Origin: an uncultured Pseudomonadota bacterium
Lineage (GTDB): Bacteria; Babelota; Babeliae; Babelales; RVW-14
Reading direction: 5' to 3'
Length of the DNA stretch: 64,000 nt
NCBI GenBank assembly: GCA_964527595.1
Contig: CAZGPI010000002.1
Location: 27,225-91,224, forward strand
The position numbers were made by a program, and so were the translations under genes. Shown one piece after another: positions 25,588-35,122 of the stretch (position 1 is its first letter; each line of letters opens with the position of its first letter). The notes under the pieces were generated by a model. It made no database searches, had not been told where the DNA came from, and was given only the letters and a program-made list of their open reading frames with translations.

Positions 25588-26434
25588 TCTTTGTTTGCTT
25601 TACCACTTCTTGTGTGCCTCTGATAAGATTTTTTATTGTAACTGTTCCAGCTGCTTGTTCATCATCACCCAATAACAAAAGATATTGAGCATTCATTTTA
25701 TGGGCATATTCCAAGCGTTCTTGAGCCGTTGTAAAATTGAGCACGACGTCAACGCATTTACCGTGATGGTGAAGCGTTGATGCAACGAGTAATGCTAGAT
25801 TGTTCTGGGATTGACTTAGTGGGACAATAACGTGAATCGCGGGGGCTGGTGGCAGCGTTAGTTTTTGATCAAGACTCAATATGGTATCGACGTTAATTTG
25901 TGCTTGCGAGATAGTTTCGTTATTTGGTGAAGGAGTAATCTGGCTACCGTGAGCAAGCGCATTGGTTTTGTTGGTCGAGCGTACCGAGAATTCAAATTGT
26001 GTTTTGCTGGTGTTTTCTCCTGGTATATGGAGTGACGGGTCAACAATAAAACTTATCGAGAGAATTTGTAGCGTATTGGTTAATGCGTTCCATTCTTTTT
26101 GGCATGATGAACATAATTTTTTTGAAGCCTGATCTTTAAGGCAGCCTAGAAAATTTATTTTTAACGTGTACATATCAAGCAACAGCGTTTCACTAAAAAA
26201 GGTATCAAGTATTTTGATGAGCCAAGCATCATCAAAAATGTTTTTTGGTTGTCGAATTGCTACATTTAAATCAATAGATTTATCGGTGATGATGGGGTTT
26301 ATCGCAAATACCTTTTGGCTTTTTTGCGTGTATGTAATTGGTGCTATTTGTTCAAAAAAATTATACAAAGCGAAGTGTTTTCTTAATTTTTCTATAACCA
26401 GGTTAATGTTAAGAATTGATTGTTGTTCTTTCAT
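25565..26434 (-). CDS. Degenerate class-II aaRS (HisRS)-like protein retaining an anticodon-binding-type C-terminal domain
   Basis: The C-terminal region HVIVPLSQSQNNLALLVASTLHHHGKCVDVVL...AHKMNAQYLLLLGDDEQAAGTVTIKNL looks like an HGTP anticodon-binding fold. The N-terminal and middle parts align loosely with the HisRS motif-1 and insertion regions (C..C...W...L..LSISF.VDP). I could not find the RGLDYY or GGRYD catalytic motifs. Confidence 0.5.
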   Translation of the reverse strand: MKEQQSILNINLVIEKLRKHFALYNFFEQIAPITYTQKSQKVFAINPIITDKSIDLNVAIRQPKNIFDDAWLIKILDTFFSETLLLDMYTLKINFLGCLKDQASKKLCSSCQKEWNALTNTLQILSISFIVDPSLHIPGENTSKTQFEFSVRSTNKTNALAHGSQITPSPNNETISQAQINVDTILSLDQKLTLPPAPAIHVIVPLSQSQNNLALLVASTLHHHGKCVDVVLNFTTAQERLEYAHKMNAQYLLLLGDDEQAAGTVTIKNLIRGTQEVVKQTKIIESLLF

Positions 26435-26546
26435 ATAACATCCTTACAAAAAAAGAGTGGTAAGCGTTTACATTTGGTGTAATTTAGTTTTTACTGTAAA
26501 TCAGAGTAAAAGGAGATTCTGCAGGCTTGATAGTTGTTGGAGAGTA

Positions 26547-27533
26547 ATGAGCAAGACGGTATTAGTTACTGGTGGGGCTGGCTATATAGGATCGCATACC
26601 GCTTATCTTCTTCATAATTGTGGCTATCAAGTTATTATCCTAGATAATCTATTATACAATCAACCATTTGCCTGTCCATGGGCAACCTTAATTAAGGGAG
26701 ATTTTGCAGATTATGGCATATTGGATGCTCTATTTGCGAAATATCCTATAGACGTTGTTATGCATTTTGCTGCATTTATCGAGGTTGGACAATCGGTTAT
26801 TCAACCTCAGCGTTTTTATGAAAACAATGTTATAAAAACCATTCACTTACTGAATAAAATGCTTGAACATGGGGTGAGTAAAATTGTGTTTTCATCAAGC
26901 TGTGCGGTATATGGACCGCCTCATTATGTCCCGATAGATGAAAATCATCCTTTTGCTCCAATGAGTCCATATGGAAAAAATAAATTAATTATCGAATATG
27001 TATTACAAGATTATGCACAGGCATATGGGTTGCAATATGTTTCATTGCGCTATTTTAATGCTGCCGGTGCATTAATTGATAAGAATCTTGGGGAGTGGCA
27101 TAACCCAGAAAGCCATGTAATCCCCAATGTTATGCGGGCACTTTTACTTGATAAAGAATTTTACATATTTGGTAACGATTATGAAACGGTTGATGGTTCA
27201 TGTGTTCGTGATTATGTACATGTGCTTGATATTGCCCAAGCTCATGTACTTGGGGCTGAATATTTTCATGCGCATTCAGATTCTCAAATTTTCAATTTGG
27301 GGTCTGGTGTCGGTTATACCGTAAAGCAACTTATCAAGGCCGCTGAAAAAATTGGTGGCAAAAAAATCAAGATTACTATAGCCGATAGACGTCCGGGTGA
27401 TGCCAAAATACTTGTGGCAGACAATGCAAAAATAAAAAAAACACTTGGATGGCAGGATAAGTATTCAGATTTGAATACGATAATGCAGTCGGCTTATGAG
27501 TGGGAAAAAAGGAGATTAAGCGATGGAGCATGA
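26547..27533 (+). CDS. galE: UDP-glucose 4-epimerase
   Basis: MSKTVLVTGGAGYIGSH, SSSCAVYG, SPYGKNKLIIE (YxxxK) and LRYFNAAGA. ATG 26547 has GGAGAG upstream; the ORF-track N-terminal extension from 26457 is unlikely. Confidence 0.9.
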   Translation: MSKTVLVTGGAGYIGSHTAYLLHNCGYQVIILDNLLYNQPFACPWATLIKGDFADYGILDALFAKYPIDVVMHFAAFIEVGQSVIQPQRFYENNVIKTIHLLNKMLEHGVSKIVFSSSCAVYGPPHYVPIDENHPFAPMSPYGKNKLIIEYVLQDYAQAYGLQYVSLRYFNAAGALIDKNLGEWHNPESHVIPNVMRALLLDKEFYIFGNDYETVDGSCVRDYVHVLDIAQAHVLGAEYFHAHSDSQIFNLGSGVGYTVKQLIKAAEKIGGKKIKITIADRRPGDAKILVADNAKIKKTLGWQDKYSDLNTIMQSAYEWEKRRLSDGA

Positions 27534-28923
27534 AGTAAAAATTGGTGAGATTATAGCATCGAATAAAAAATTCTTGTTTATGCTTTTCATTTTAGCCTTT
27601 GTTATTCGAGCAGCTGTTTTTATAGGGTATTTAGGCAAAAATGAAAACTATTGGCAGGTTGATTCTCAGACGTATCATCTTGTTGCTCAGCAAGTTGCGC
27701 AAGGAAATGGACTTGTATCGGCCGACGGAAGCCCGCATTTTTATAGGCTTCCTGGGTATCCTGTTTTTCTAGGTTTTTTTTATTACTTGTTTGGCGTTGA
27801 TACGAAAAAGGTTTTATGGCCGCAAATTGTTGTTGCTTCGGCAATTCCTATTTTGGTTTTTTTGCTATCAATGATTTTATTCCCCGGGGCGCTTATTATT
27901 GCTAAATGTGCTTCTTTGTGGACCGTTTTTCACCTAGGGTTTATCTTATTCGCCGGTTTTTTTATGACTGAATCGCTCTTTATTTTTTTATTTTTACTGT
28001 TTTTGATTTTTTTCTTTTCTGGTAGGTATCTTTTTTGGGCTGGAACCTTTTTGGGGTTAGCCTCGCTCTTTCGGCCCGTTGGGCATTATCTCTTGGTTCT
28101 TGCTGGTATTATGCTCATTTTTTCACATGATTGGCTAAGGCATAAAATTATCAAATTTGCAACGTTGGCAGGAGCCTGGCTTATACCCGTTTCTTTTTGG
28201 TTGATAAGAAATTTTGTGTTAACGGGGTACCTTTTTTTTCATACCTTGCCAGGCGGCCATTTTTTGTATCTATCGGCGGCTCGTGTTGCGATGCATACTC
28301 AAAATTGCTCTTATCAAGAAGCTCGGCAGCATTTGCATGATGAAGTGCATCAGAATTTGGCAAAAAAAGAAGCTGAGCTTGGGCGACCCTTGTTTGAGAT
28401 TGAAAGCTGTAACGTGCATGAACAGTTGGCAATTAAGTACTTTAAGCAGAGCCCTTTAATCGCCCTGAAAAATTGGTGTACTGATATGTTTCGGACGATG
28501 TTTTCGCTGCATTCGGCTGAGCTTTTATATTTAGACGCAGGGCATAAAACGATCGATTATTTTAAAAAAGAACGTTCAGGCTGGAATATGTTTGAGCGTT
28601 ATTTGTTTCCACAAACCGAGTCTTCGCTGTTAAGGGTTATTGTTTGGAGTGAAATATTTCTTTTTATTTTGATGTTAATCGGGTTCCTAGGATATATGAT
28701 TAGAGCTCTCTTATGTGCTTTGCGAGGAAAGCGAGAGTCTTTAGTCAATTTGGGTAAATGCCTACCATTCATAGCGCTTTTTATTGTCATAGCCCTTTCT
28801 GGTGGTTACGCGCGTATGAGGTTGCCCATTGAACCGTTGGCGATTATTTTATCCATGGCTGGATGGTTTGGTCTAAAAAAAAGCAGGAGGAGGTTAGTTG
28901 AACCAAAATCGTGCATGGACTAA
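27523..28923 (+). CDS. GT-C membrane glycosyltransferase, family B paralog 1 (ArnT/PMT_2, GT39/GT83-like)
   Basis: VDSQTYHLVAQQVAQGNGL...FYRLPGYPVFLGFF first-loop signature, at least 10 TM segments, and a conserved C-terminal GGYARMRLPIEP. Confidence 0.7.
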   Translation: MEHEVKIGEIIASNKKFLFMLFILAFVIRAAVFIGYLGKNENYWQVDSQTYHLVAQQVAQGNGLVSADGSPHFYRLPGYPVFLGFFYYLFGVDTKKVLWPQIVVASAIPILVFLLSMILFPGALIIAKCASLWTVFHLGFILFAGFFMTESLFIFLFLLFLIFFFSGRYLFWAGTFLGLASLFRPVGHYLLVLAGIMLIFSHDWLRHKIIKFATLAGAWLIPVSFWLIRNFVLTGYLFFHTLPGGHFLYLSAARVAMHTQNCSYQEARQHLHDEVHQNLAKKEAELGRPLFEIESCNVHEQLAIKYFKQSPLIALKNWCTDMFRTMFSLHSAELLYLDAGHKTIDYFKKERSGWNMFERYLFPQTESSLLRVIVWSEIFLFILMLIGFLGYMIRALLCALRGKRESLVNLGKCLPFIALFIVIALSGGYARMRLPIEPLAIILSMAGWFGLKKSRRRLVEPKSCMD

Positions 28924-30265
28924 ATATCTAAGTATTATTCCCTTATTACTCGTTATTTTTAGTTGCGCTTTTTTAATAAGGTTTATTTTTTTTATAATAT
29001 TTCTTATTAAAAACCCTTGCATGCTTGCTTTTGATTCAAAGCATTATCACGATATGGCCGTTCAATTGGTACATGGGTATGGTTTTATGTCGGTTAATGG
29101 GGTGCCTTTTTTTTATAGATTGCCCGGATATCCGCTTTTTTTGGCCGCTTGTTATAAGTTGTGTCACCTAAATGTTATAGCTACTTTAATGGTACAACTT
29201 TTTTTCGGGTCTTTGATTCCTGTTTTAATGTATGTTTTTTCTTTAATTATATTGCCAACCCGGCGACTGGTTGCTTTTGGTGCGGCTTTTTTTGCTTGTT
29301 TGCACGTTGGATTTATTGTCTATTCTGGCCTTATATTATCAGATATGATGTTTTTGCTTCTTTGGATGTTTTTTTTAATATGTTTTTTTTATGCGTTAAA
29401 AAGCAAAAGGATTTTGATCTTTCTGTTTGCCGGGGTAGCTCTTGGTATCGCGTCATTAATAAGGCCAATGGGTTTACCACTTTTTTTGGTGGTATTGCTT
29501 ATTATTTTTCTTTCTAGGCGAGCCTTTTTGGTTAATCTTAAGAGTGGTCTTTTTTTATTCTGTGGATGGATAAGTATTGTTGGGTGGTGGATTGTAAGAA
29601 ATTTCTTGCTCACTGGATATTTATTTTTCCATACACTTTCAGGGCCTCATTTTTTAAACCATTCTGCGGCCCGTATAATTATGATGAAAAATAATGTTTC
29701 TTATGAGCAAGCAAAGGGTACTGCATACCAACGATTTGATGAATTGATTGCAGAAAAAGAGTTGATTGAGAATCGTCAGCTTCTTGAAATTGAAAGGGTT
29801 ATTGTCGCCGAGAAACTTACACTGAGTGTTATGCTTTCAAATCCAATGCTTGCGATAAAACATGCCATGGGAAATGTTTTTAAAACATGCTTTTCCTTAT
29901 ATTCTTCAGAGCTTTTATTTATCGATTCTGGTGGCCAGCTGCCTCCATATAGTTGCAATAGAACGCTCAAGGATATGATAATGCGATTTTTAATGCCAAA
30001 TATTAATGCTGGTTATCTGCGATATATTATTTGGGGAGAGATTGCGTTGTATTTGCTAACGTTAATTGGTTTTTTTTGTTTTGTTATAAACTCATTTTGG
30101 TTTCGCCGTAAGTTATTTTTGGTATTAAGCAGTTTGTTGGTAATGATCTTTTTTGTGGGCATAACGTTTGCCTGTGGTTATGCCCGATTTCGCTTACCCA
30201 TTGAGCCATTTTTGATCGTTTATGCATGTGCGTTTTTGGTTGATTTTTTTAAAATTAAGGTTTAG
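28898..30265 (+). CDS. GT-C membrane glycosyltransferase, family B paralog 2
   Basis: FDSKHYHDMAVQLVHGYGF...FFYRLPGYPLFLAACY and a C-terminal CGYARFRLPIEP. TTG start with AGGAGGAGG upstream. Overlaps the previous gene by 26 nt. Confidence 0.7.
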   Translation: MNQNRAWTKYLSIIPLLLVIFSCAFLIRFIFFIIFLIKNPCMLAFDSKHYHDMAVQLVHGYGFMSVNGVPFFYRLPGYPLFLAACYKLCHLNVIATLMVQLFFGSLIPVLMYVFSLIILPTRRLVAFGAAFFACLHVGFIVYSGLILSDMMFLLLWMFFLICFFYALKSKRILIFLFAGVALGIASLIRPMGLPLFLVVLLIIFLSRRAFLVNLKSGLFLFCGWISIVGWWIVRNFLLTGYLFFHTLSGPHFLNHSAARIIMMKNNVSYEQAKGTAYQRFDELIAEKELIENRQLLEIERVIVAEKLTLSVMLSNPMLAIKHAMGNVFKTCFSLYSSELLFIDSGGQLPPYSCNRTLKDMIMRFLMPNINAGYLRYIIWGEIALYLLTLIGFFCFVINSFWFRRKLFLVLSSLLVMIFFVGITFACGYARFRLPIEPFLIVYACAFLVDFFKIKV

Positions 30266-30279
30266 TCGTAGGCGTTTTG

Positions 30280-31665
30280 ATGTTGTTAAGGATTGCTAGT
30301 CAAAATAAATTATTTTTAAGTCTTTTATTTCTTTTTTCTTTTTCGCTAAATTTGGCGTATCTATTTTTTTTCACAACCAAAACGTCGCATTTTGTTTGTC
30401 AAGATTCAAGCCAGTATGATAGCCTTGCCAAACAGATTTACGATAACAATGGAATTGTTGATGCTAATGGTCAGCCAGCGATTTCCCGGGTTCCCGGGTA
30501 CTCTTTTTTTCTCGCGGGCTGCTATAAGATTTTTGGATATAATCATGAACGTGCGATGATACTACAAAGTTTTTTGGCTTCTATGATTCCAGTTTTAACC
30601 TTTTTGTTGAGCTTGATCTTATTTCCTAACGTATTGTTATTGGCAAAAATTAGTGCTTATTTTATGGCAATGAGTAATGGCTTAATGCTTTATGCATCAA
30701 TGGTTATGTCAGAAGTTGTCTTTACTGTTTTTTTTCTATTATTTTTATTGTTTTTTATTTTAAGATTGCGCTTATTTTGTTCCGGTGGATTTAAGGAGAA
30801 TGCATCAGGAAAAATCTTTTTCCTTGCTGGGTTGTTTTTAGGAATTGCGTCATTAATTCGGCCGGTTGGACATTTTTTGATTATAGCCGCGTTGTTTTTG
30901 CTTCTTCTTTCATCTTTTGATTTAGCAAAAAAACTGAAGTATATGGTTTTATTGCTGGTTGCCTGGGGCTTATTTGTTTTACCGTGGCTTCTAAGGAGTT
31001 ATTTGCTGACTGGGTCGATTCTTTTCCATACAATGCCCGGCAATCATTTTTTAGATTTTCTTGCGCTTGAATCAATAAGCTATGCGCGCCAATGGACGTT
31101 TGGGGAAACAAAAGTTTTTTTAGAAAAAGAGGTTGCCAAAGAATATGCCGTGACTAAGATTCCAATTAATGAAAAAAACTCCGCAGCACGCGATATGTAT
31201 ATTAAGTTAGCTGTAGCTAAGAAATATATTTTGATGTACCCAATGCAAACGATAGAGCGATGTTTTGCTAATATCTTAAAAACAATTTTTGGTTTAAATG
31301 TTAGTTTCGTTTTACATAAGCTTGTAAAATTTCCTAGCTATGGTGGGAAAACCAGCTTTATCGAAAAAATAGTTTTTTTCCTTTTTCCTTGCACGAATGA
31401 TAAGTTTATTTGGTGCATTGTTTACTTTGAATTGCTTTGGTTGATAGTTCTGTTGTTGGGCTTCGGTGGTTTTTTGGTACAAAGTTTTTTCAATACAATC
31501 TATTTATGTAATTGTTTGAAGATTTTGCCGTTTATCGCTGTTATGTTGTTTTTATCGTTAGGCTCTGGGTTTGCTCGCCTAAGGGTGCCGATTGAGCCGC
31601 TTATGATTATTTTTTCAATGCATTTTTGGCTTAATTTTTTGAGTGCTGGTAGATTAAAACATTAA
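30280..31665 (+). CDS. GT-C membrane glycosyltransferase, family B paralog 3
   Basis: QDSSQYDSLAKQIYDNNGI...ISRVPGYSFFLAGCY and a C-terminal SGFARLRVPIEP. Third tandem copy. Confidence 0.7.
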   Translation: MLLRIASQNKLFLSLLFLFSFSLNLAYLFFFTTKTSHFVCQDSSQYDSLAKQIYDNNGIVDANGQPAISRVPGYSFFLAGCYKIFGYNHERAMILQSFLASMIPVLTFLLSLILFPNVLLLAKISAYFMAMSNGLMLYASMVMSEVVFTVFFLLFLLFFILRLRLFCSGGFKENASGKIFFLAGLFLGIASLIRPVGHFLIIAALFLLLLSSFDLAKKLKYMVLLLVAWGLFVLPWLLRSYLLTGSILFHTMPGNHFLDFLALESISYARQWTFGETKVFLEKEVAKEYAVTKIPINEKNSAARDMYIKLAVAKKYILMYPMQTIERCFANILKTIFGLNVSFVLHKLVKFPSYGGKTSFIEKIVFFLFPCTNDKFIWCIVYFELLWLIVLLLGFGGFLVQSFFNTIYLCNCLKILPFIAVMLFLSLGSGFARLRVPIEPLMIIFSMHFWLNFLSAGRLKH

Positions 31666-31683
31666 ACTAGTTTTGAGGTTGAG

Positions 31684-33126
31684 ATGACTATGAAAAGTAG
31701 AAAACAAGCGTTTATAATTGGTGCTGGCCCAGCGGGTCTTACAGCAGGTTATGAGCTTGCCAAGAATTTTGGCTGGGGTGTGGCTGTTATCGATAAGGAT
31801 TCGATGGTTGGCGGTCTTTCAAAATCAACCGAATATAAAGGTTGTCGTTTTGACATTGGGCCACATCATTTTATTACCGAGCACAAGCACATTGAGCTAT
31901 GGTGGAAATCAATTATGGGCGAAGATTTTATACCCCTAAAGCGCTTTACGCGCATCTATTATAAAAAAAGATTTTTTCATTATCCGCTTCAACCACTTAA
32001 TGCCGTTACAAATTTAACATTATTAGAATGTATTCAATGCGTTGGTAGTTACGTTAAAGCTTGTTTGTTTCCCAAGCGTAAGGTTGTATCAATTCAAGAC
32101 TTTTTTGTTAATCGGTTTGGTTATCGGCTCTTCTCAATGTTTTTCAAAAATTATACCGAAAAGCTATGGGGAATCCCATGCGATAAAATTTCTGCCGATT
32201 GGGCGGCGCAACGCATAAGAAACTTTTCCTTATTTAAGGCGATATTTTTTGCATTTTTTGGTCGATGGTTCAAAAAGCATGCTCCGCGTACTATTCAAGA
32301 TAAATTTTATTATCCTTTATATGGGGCCGGGACTTTATGGGAAAGAGTTGGTTTCCACATAAAATCTTGTGATAACTGTTCTATCGAGTTATCTGAGAAG
32401 GTTGTTAGTCTTGAACACGATAGCAAAAAAATTAGTGCTGTATTAACTCAGCAGGTTTGTGATGGAGAGGCCGTTGGCGGTTCTCAAAAACTGAATCGTT
32501 ATGAAGCTGATTATTTTTTCTCAACCATGACCCTTTGCCAATTGGTTCATGCTCTTGACCCATTACCACCAACCATAGTGTTAAGTGCTGCAAAGACGTT
32601 AAGATGCCGCGGTCTTATTGTTATAAATTTAATAGTGAAAAAAAATAATATTTGTCCTGACCATTGGTTATATATTCACGAGCAAAAAGTGCAACATATT
32701 CGGATGGGCAATATGAATAACTTCTCGCTTAAGATGGTTGATAATCCCGAGCATTCGGCGCTGAGTTTTGAATATTTTATGTTTACGAGCGATCCATTGT
32801 GGAAAATGACTGACCTCGAATTAGTTGCTTTATGTAAGCGTGAATTAGGGATACTTGGATTAGCTCGAGAAGAGGACGTTCTTGACGGCATGGTTATGAG
32901 AACCGATGATGCGTACCCAATTTATGAAGAGAATTATAAAGAGCAATTACATATTGTTCGTTCGTACCTTGATCGATTTGAAAATTTAGAGTTGATTGGA
33001 CGTAATGGGACGCATAGTTACAATAACATGGATGCTGCAATGTTATCGGCGATGAATGCCGTTGCGAGGGTTATCAATAAAGAAGCTTTGAATAATAACC
33101 AAAAAACTCAGACCTTGGCTCTTTGA
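31684..33126 (+). CDS. FAD/NAD(P)-dependent oxidoreductase (amine-oxidase / UDP-galactopyranose-mutase-like fold)
   Basis: N-terminal dinucleotide-binding motif AFIIGAGPAGLTAGYEL...VIDKDSMVGG, and C-terminal LIGRNGTHSYNNMD. Confidence 0.65.
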   Translation: MTMKSRKQAFIIGAGPAGLTAGYELAKNFGWGVAVIDKDSMVGGLSKSTEYKGCRFDIGPHHFITEHKHIELWWKSIMGEDFIPLKRFTRIYYKKRFFHYPLQPLNAVTNLTLLECIQCVGSYVKACLFPKRKVVSIQDFFVNRFGYRLFSMFFKNYTEKLWGIPCDKISADWAAQRIRNFSLFKAIFFAFFGRWFKKHAPRTIQDKFYYPLYGAGTLWERVGFHIKSCDNCSIELSEKVVSLEHDSKKISAVLTQQVCDGEAVGGSQKLNRYEADYFFSTMTLCQLVHALDPLPPTIVLSAAKTLRCRGLIVINLIVKKNNICPDHWLYIHEQKVQHIRMGNMNNFSLKMVDNPEHSALSFEYFMFTSDPLWKMTDLELVALCKRELGILGLAREEDVLDGMVMRTDDAYPIYEENYKEQLHIVRSYLDRFENLELIGRNGTHSYNNMDAAMLSAMNAVARVINKEALNNNQKTQTLAL

Positions 33127-33145
33127 TGCACTGAAAGGTGATCAT

Positions 33146-35101
33146 ATGTGTGGAATTGCTGGTTTTATTAATATTACGCAACAGGGATTTATAGCTGACG
33201 AATCTTTGCTGAATAGAATGCAAGAAACAATTGCTCATCGAGGCCCAGATGCCTCTCGAGTATGGAAATCGGATGAACATCAACTTGGGCTTGCGTTTAG
33301 GCGGTTAAGTATTATTGATCTTTCTGATGCTGGCATGCAGCCAATGTTTGATAGTGAGCGTTCGGTTGTGGTGTGTTTTAATGGTGAAATTTATAATCAT
33401 GCCGATGTTCGCCGGGAATTAGAGGCTTTAGGACACCAATATCATTCAACGTGTGATACCGAAACGATTATTTATGCCTATAAACAATGGGGAATCGCAG
33501 GGATCGAAAAACTTGAGGGGATGTTTGCAATTGCGCTCTATGATTTTAATAAGCGTCAACTTTATCTAATTCGTGATCGCATTGGGGTCAAGCCTTTATA
33601 TTTTTCAATTCAGGGTGGAGTTCTCGCTTTTGCGTCAGAAATTAAGGCGTTGTGGGAATTGCCATGGATGAAAAAAGAGTATTCAACGCAGGCAATGTAT
33701 CATTATTTAACGTTTATGGTTACCCCTGCCCCATTTACTATCTATCAAGGTGTTTATAAATTGCCGGCCGGTTTTTATGCAATGCTTGATGAGCATAAAC
33801 AACTGATATTTAAGGAATGGTATACATCGATAAAAACTATTACCGATGTCCAAAAAAAAGAATTTGCGCGAGAAGATTTTTGTATAGAAAATATTCGTAG
33901 CATGCTGATAGCATCAACAAAAAAACGGATGGTTGCAGATGTCCCGGTTGGTGCATTTTTATCCGGTGGTGTTGACTCAAGCCTCAATGTTGCATTAATG
34001 GCCGCTTGTGTGGGTAAAGTAAAAACTTTTAATGTTTCATTTATAGATGGGCCAGAAAACAATGAATCTGCTTGGGCTCGGCTCATTGCGAAAAAGTTTG
34101 ATACCGATCATCATGAAATTTCAATTTCTGAAAAAGAGGCTTTTTTATTCTACGAGCAGATGGTACATCATTTGGATGAACCGTTGGCCGATTGTGTCTG
34201 TATTCCATTTTATTTTGTTTCAAAGCTTGCGCGTGATTTGGGCATCAAAGTGGTACAGGTTGGCGAAGGTGCGGATGAACTGTTTTTTGGCTATCCAATG
34301 TATGCGCAATATAAGCGTGTACATGACGCTGGGTATGCTAAATCACAAAAAATTTTGCCGGCGTTTGTTAAAAAGGCAATGTACGCAGCATCAACGCCAT
34401 TTTTGAAAAATCACAGCGAAAAGCTCAATGTTTTTGATAATTGGGCTCATGATAAACATCTATTTTGGGGTGGGGCACTTGCCTTTAATGAACGGCAAAA
34501 ACACCATTTATTTACCGATGTTTTTCACCAGGCTTCGCCTGAACGTGATCCTATTGTTGATCAAATTATGGGTGGGTTGCGTCACGATTATGATACAAAT
34601 GTTTTTGTTGATTATCATTTAGCAAAGCTTAAAGAGCAAGATCCGCAGGCTGATTTTTGCAAGCAGATGTTATATTTAGAACTAAGGCAACGGCTACCTG
34701 AGTTGTTATTGATGCGTGCAGACAAAATGTCCATGGCGGCAAGTGTTGAGGCTCGTGAGCCATTTCTTGACCATCATTTAGTTGAATTTATGATGCATGT
34801 GCCAGCGGAACTTCGCGTTAAAAATGGGACAACTAAATATCTATTAAAAAAGGTTTGTGAAGGTATTTTACCCGATTCGGTTATTTATCGCAAAAAGGTT
34901 GGCTTTGCTGCCCCGACGGTTAGATGGTTTAAGGAAGGGCAGTATTTTCCTGCTTATTTTAAAAAAATGTATACGCAGGCTCAGAAGCGCATTGATATTC
35001 CTATTATTTCAGCGGCGTTGGTCAAAAAAAATATGCATTCCAATCAATCAGGGCTTGCAGTACAAAAGTGGGTGTTGCAAAATATATGGGCACTTAAGTA
35101 A
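33146..35101 (+). CDS. asnB: Asparagine synthase (glutamine-hydrolysing) family amidotransferase, probably glycan-modifying
   Basis: MCGIAGF Ntn-Cys start, RGPD, the PP-loop FLSGGVDSS and a 651 aa length. Embedded in the glycan locus. Confidence 0.85.
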   Translation: MCGIAGFINITQQGFIADESLLNRMQETIAHRGPDASRVWKSDEHQLGLAFRRLSIIDLSDAGMQPMFDSERSVVVCFNGEIYNHADVRRELEALGHQYHSTCDTETIIYAYKQWGIAGIEKLEGMFAIALYDFNKRQLYLIRDRIGVKPLYFSIQGGVLAFASEIKALWELPWMKKEYSTQAMYHYLTFMVTPAPFTIYQGVYKLPAGFYAMLDEHKQLIFKEWYTSIKTITDVQKKEFAREDFCIENIRSMLIASTKKRMVADVPVGAFLSGGVDSSLNVALMAACVGKVKTFNVSFIDGPENNESAWARLIAKKFDTDHHEISISEKEAFLFYEQMVHHLDEPLADCVCIPFYFVSKLARDLGIKVVQVGEGADELFFGYPMYAQYKRVHDAGYAKSQKILPAFVKKAMYAASTPFLKNHSEKLNVFDNWAHDKHLFWGGALAFNERQKHHLFTDVFHQASPERDPIVDQIMGGLRHDYDTNVFVDYHLAKLKEQDPQADFCKQMLYLELRQRLPELLLMRADKMSMAASVEAREPFLDHHLVEFMMHVPAELRVKNGTTKYLLKKVCEGILPDSVIYRKKVGFAAPTVRWFKEGQYFPAYFKKMYTQAQKRIDIPIISAALVKKNMHSNQSGLAVQKWVLQNIWALK

Positions 35102-35122
35102 TTGTAAAAAAGGTTGTGAGTA

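Noticed and set aside
26457-26546. 30-codon N-terminal extension of galE in the ORF track.
   Set aside because: The extension (MVSVYIWCNLVFTVNQSKRRFCRLDSCWRV) precedes the canonical GalE start MSKTVLVTGGAGYIGSH, which has its own GGAGAG SD. The extension has no homology-like features.
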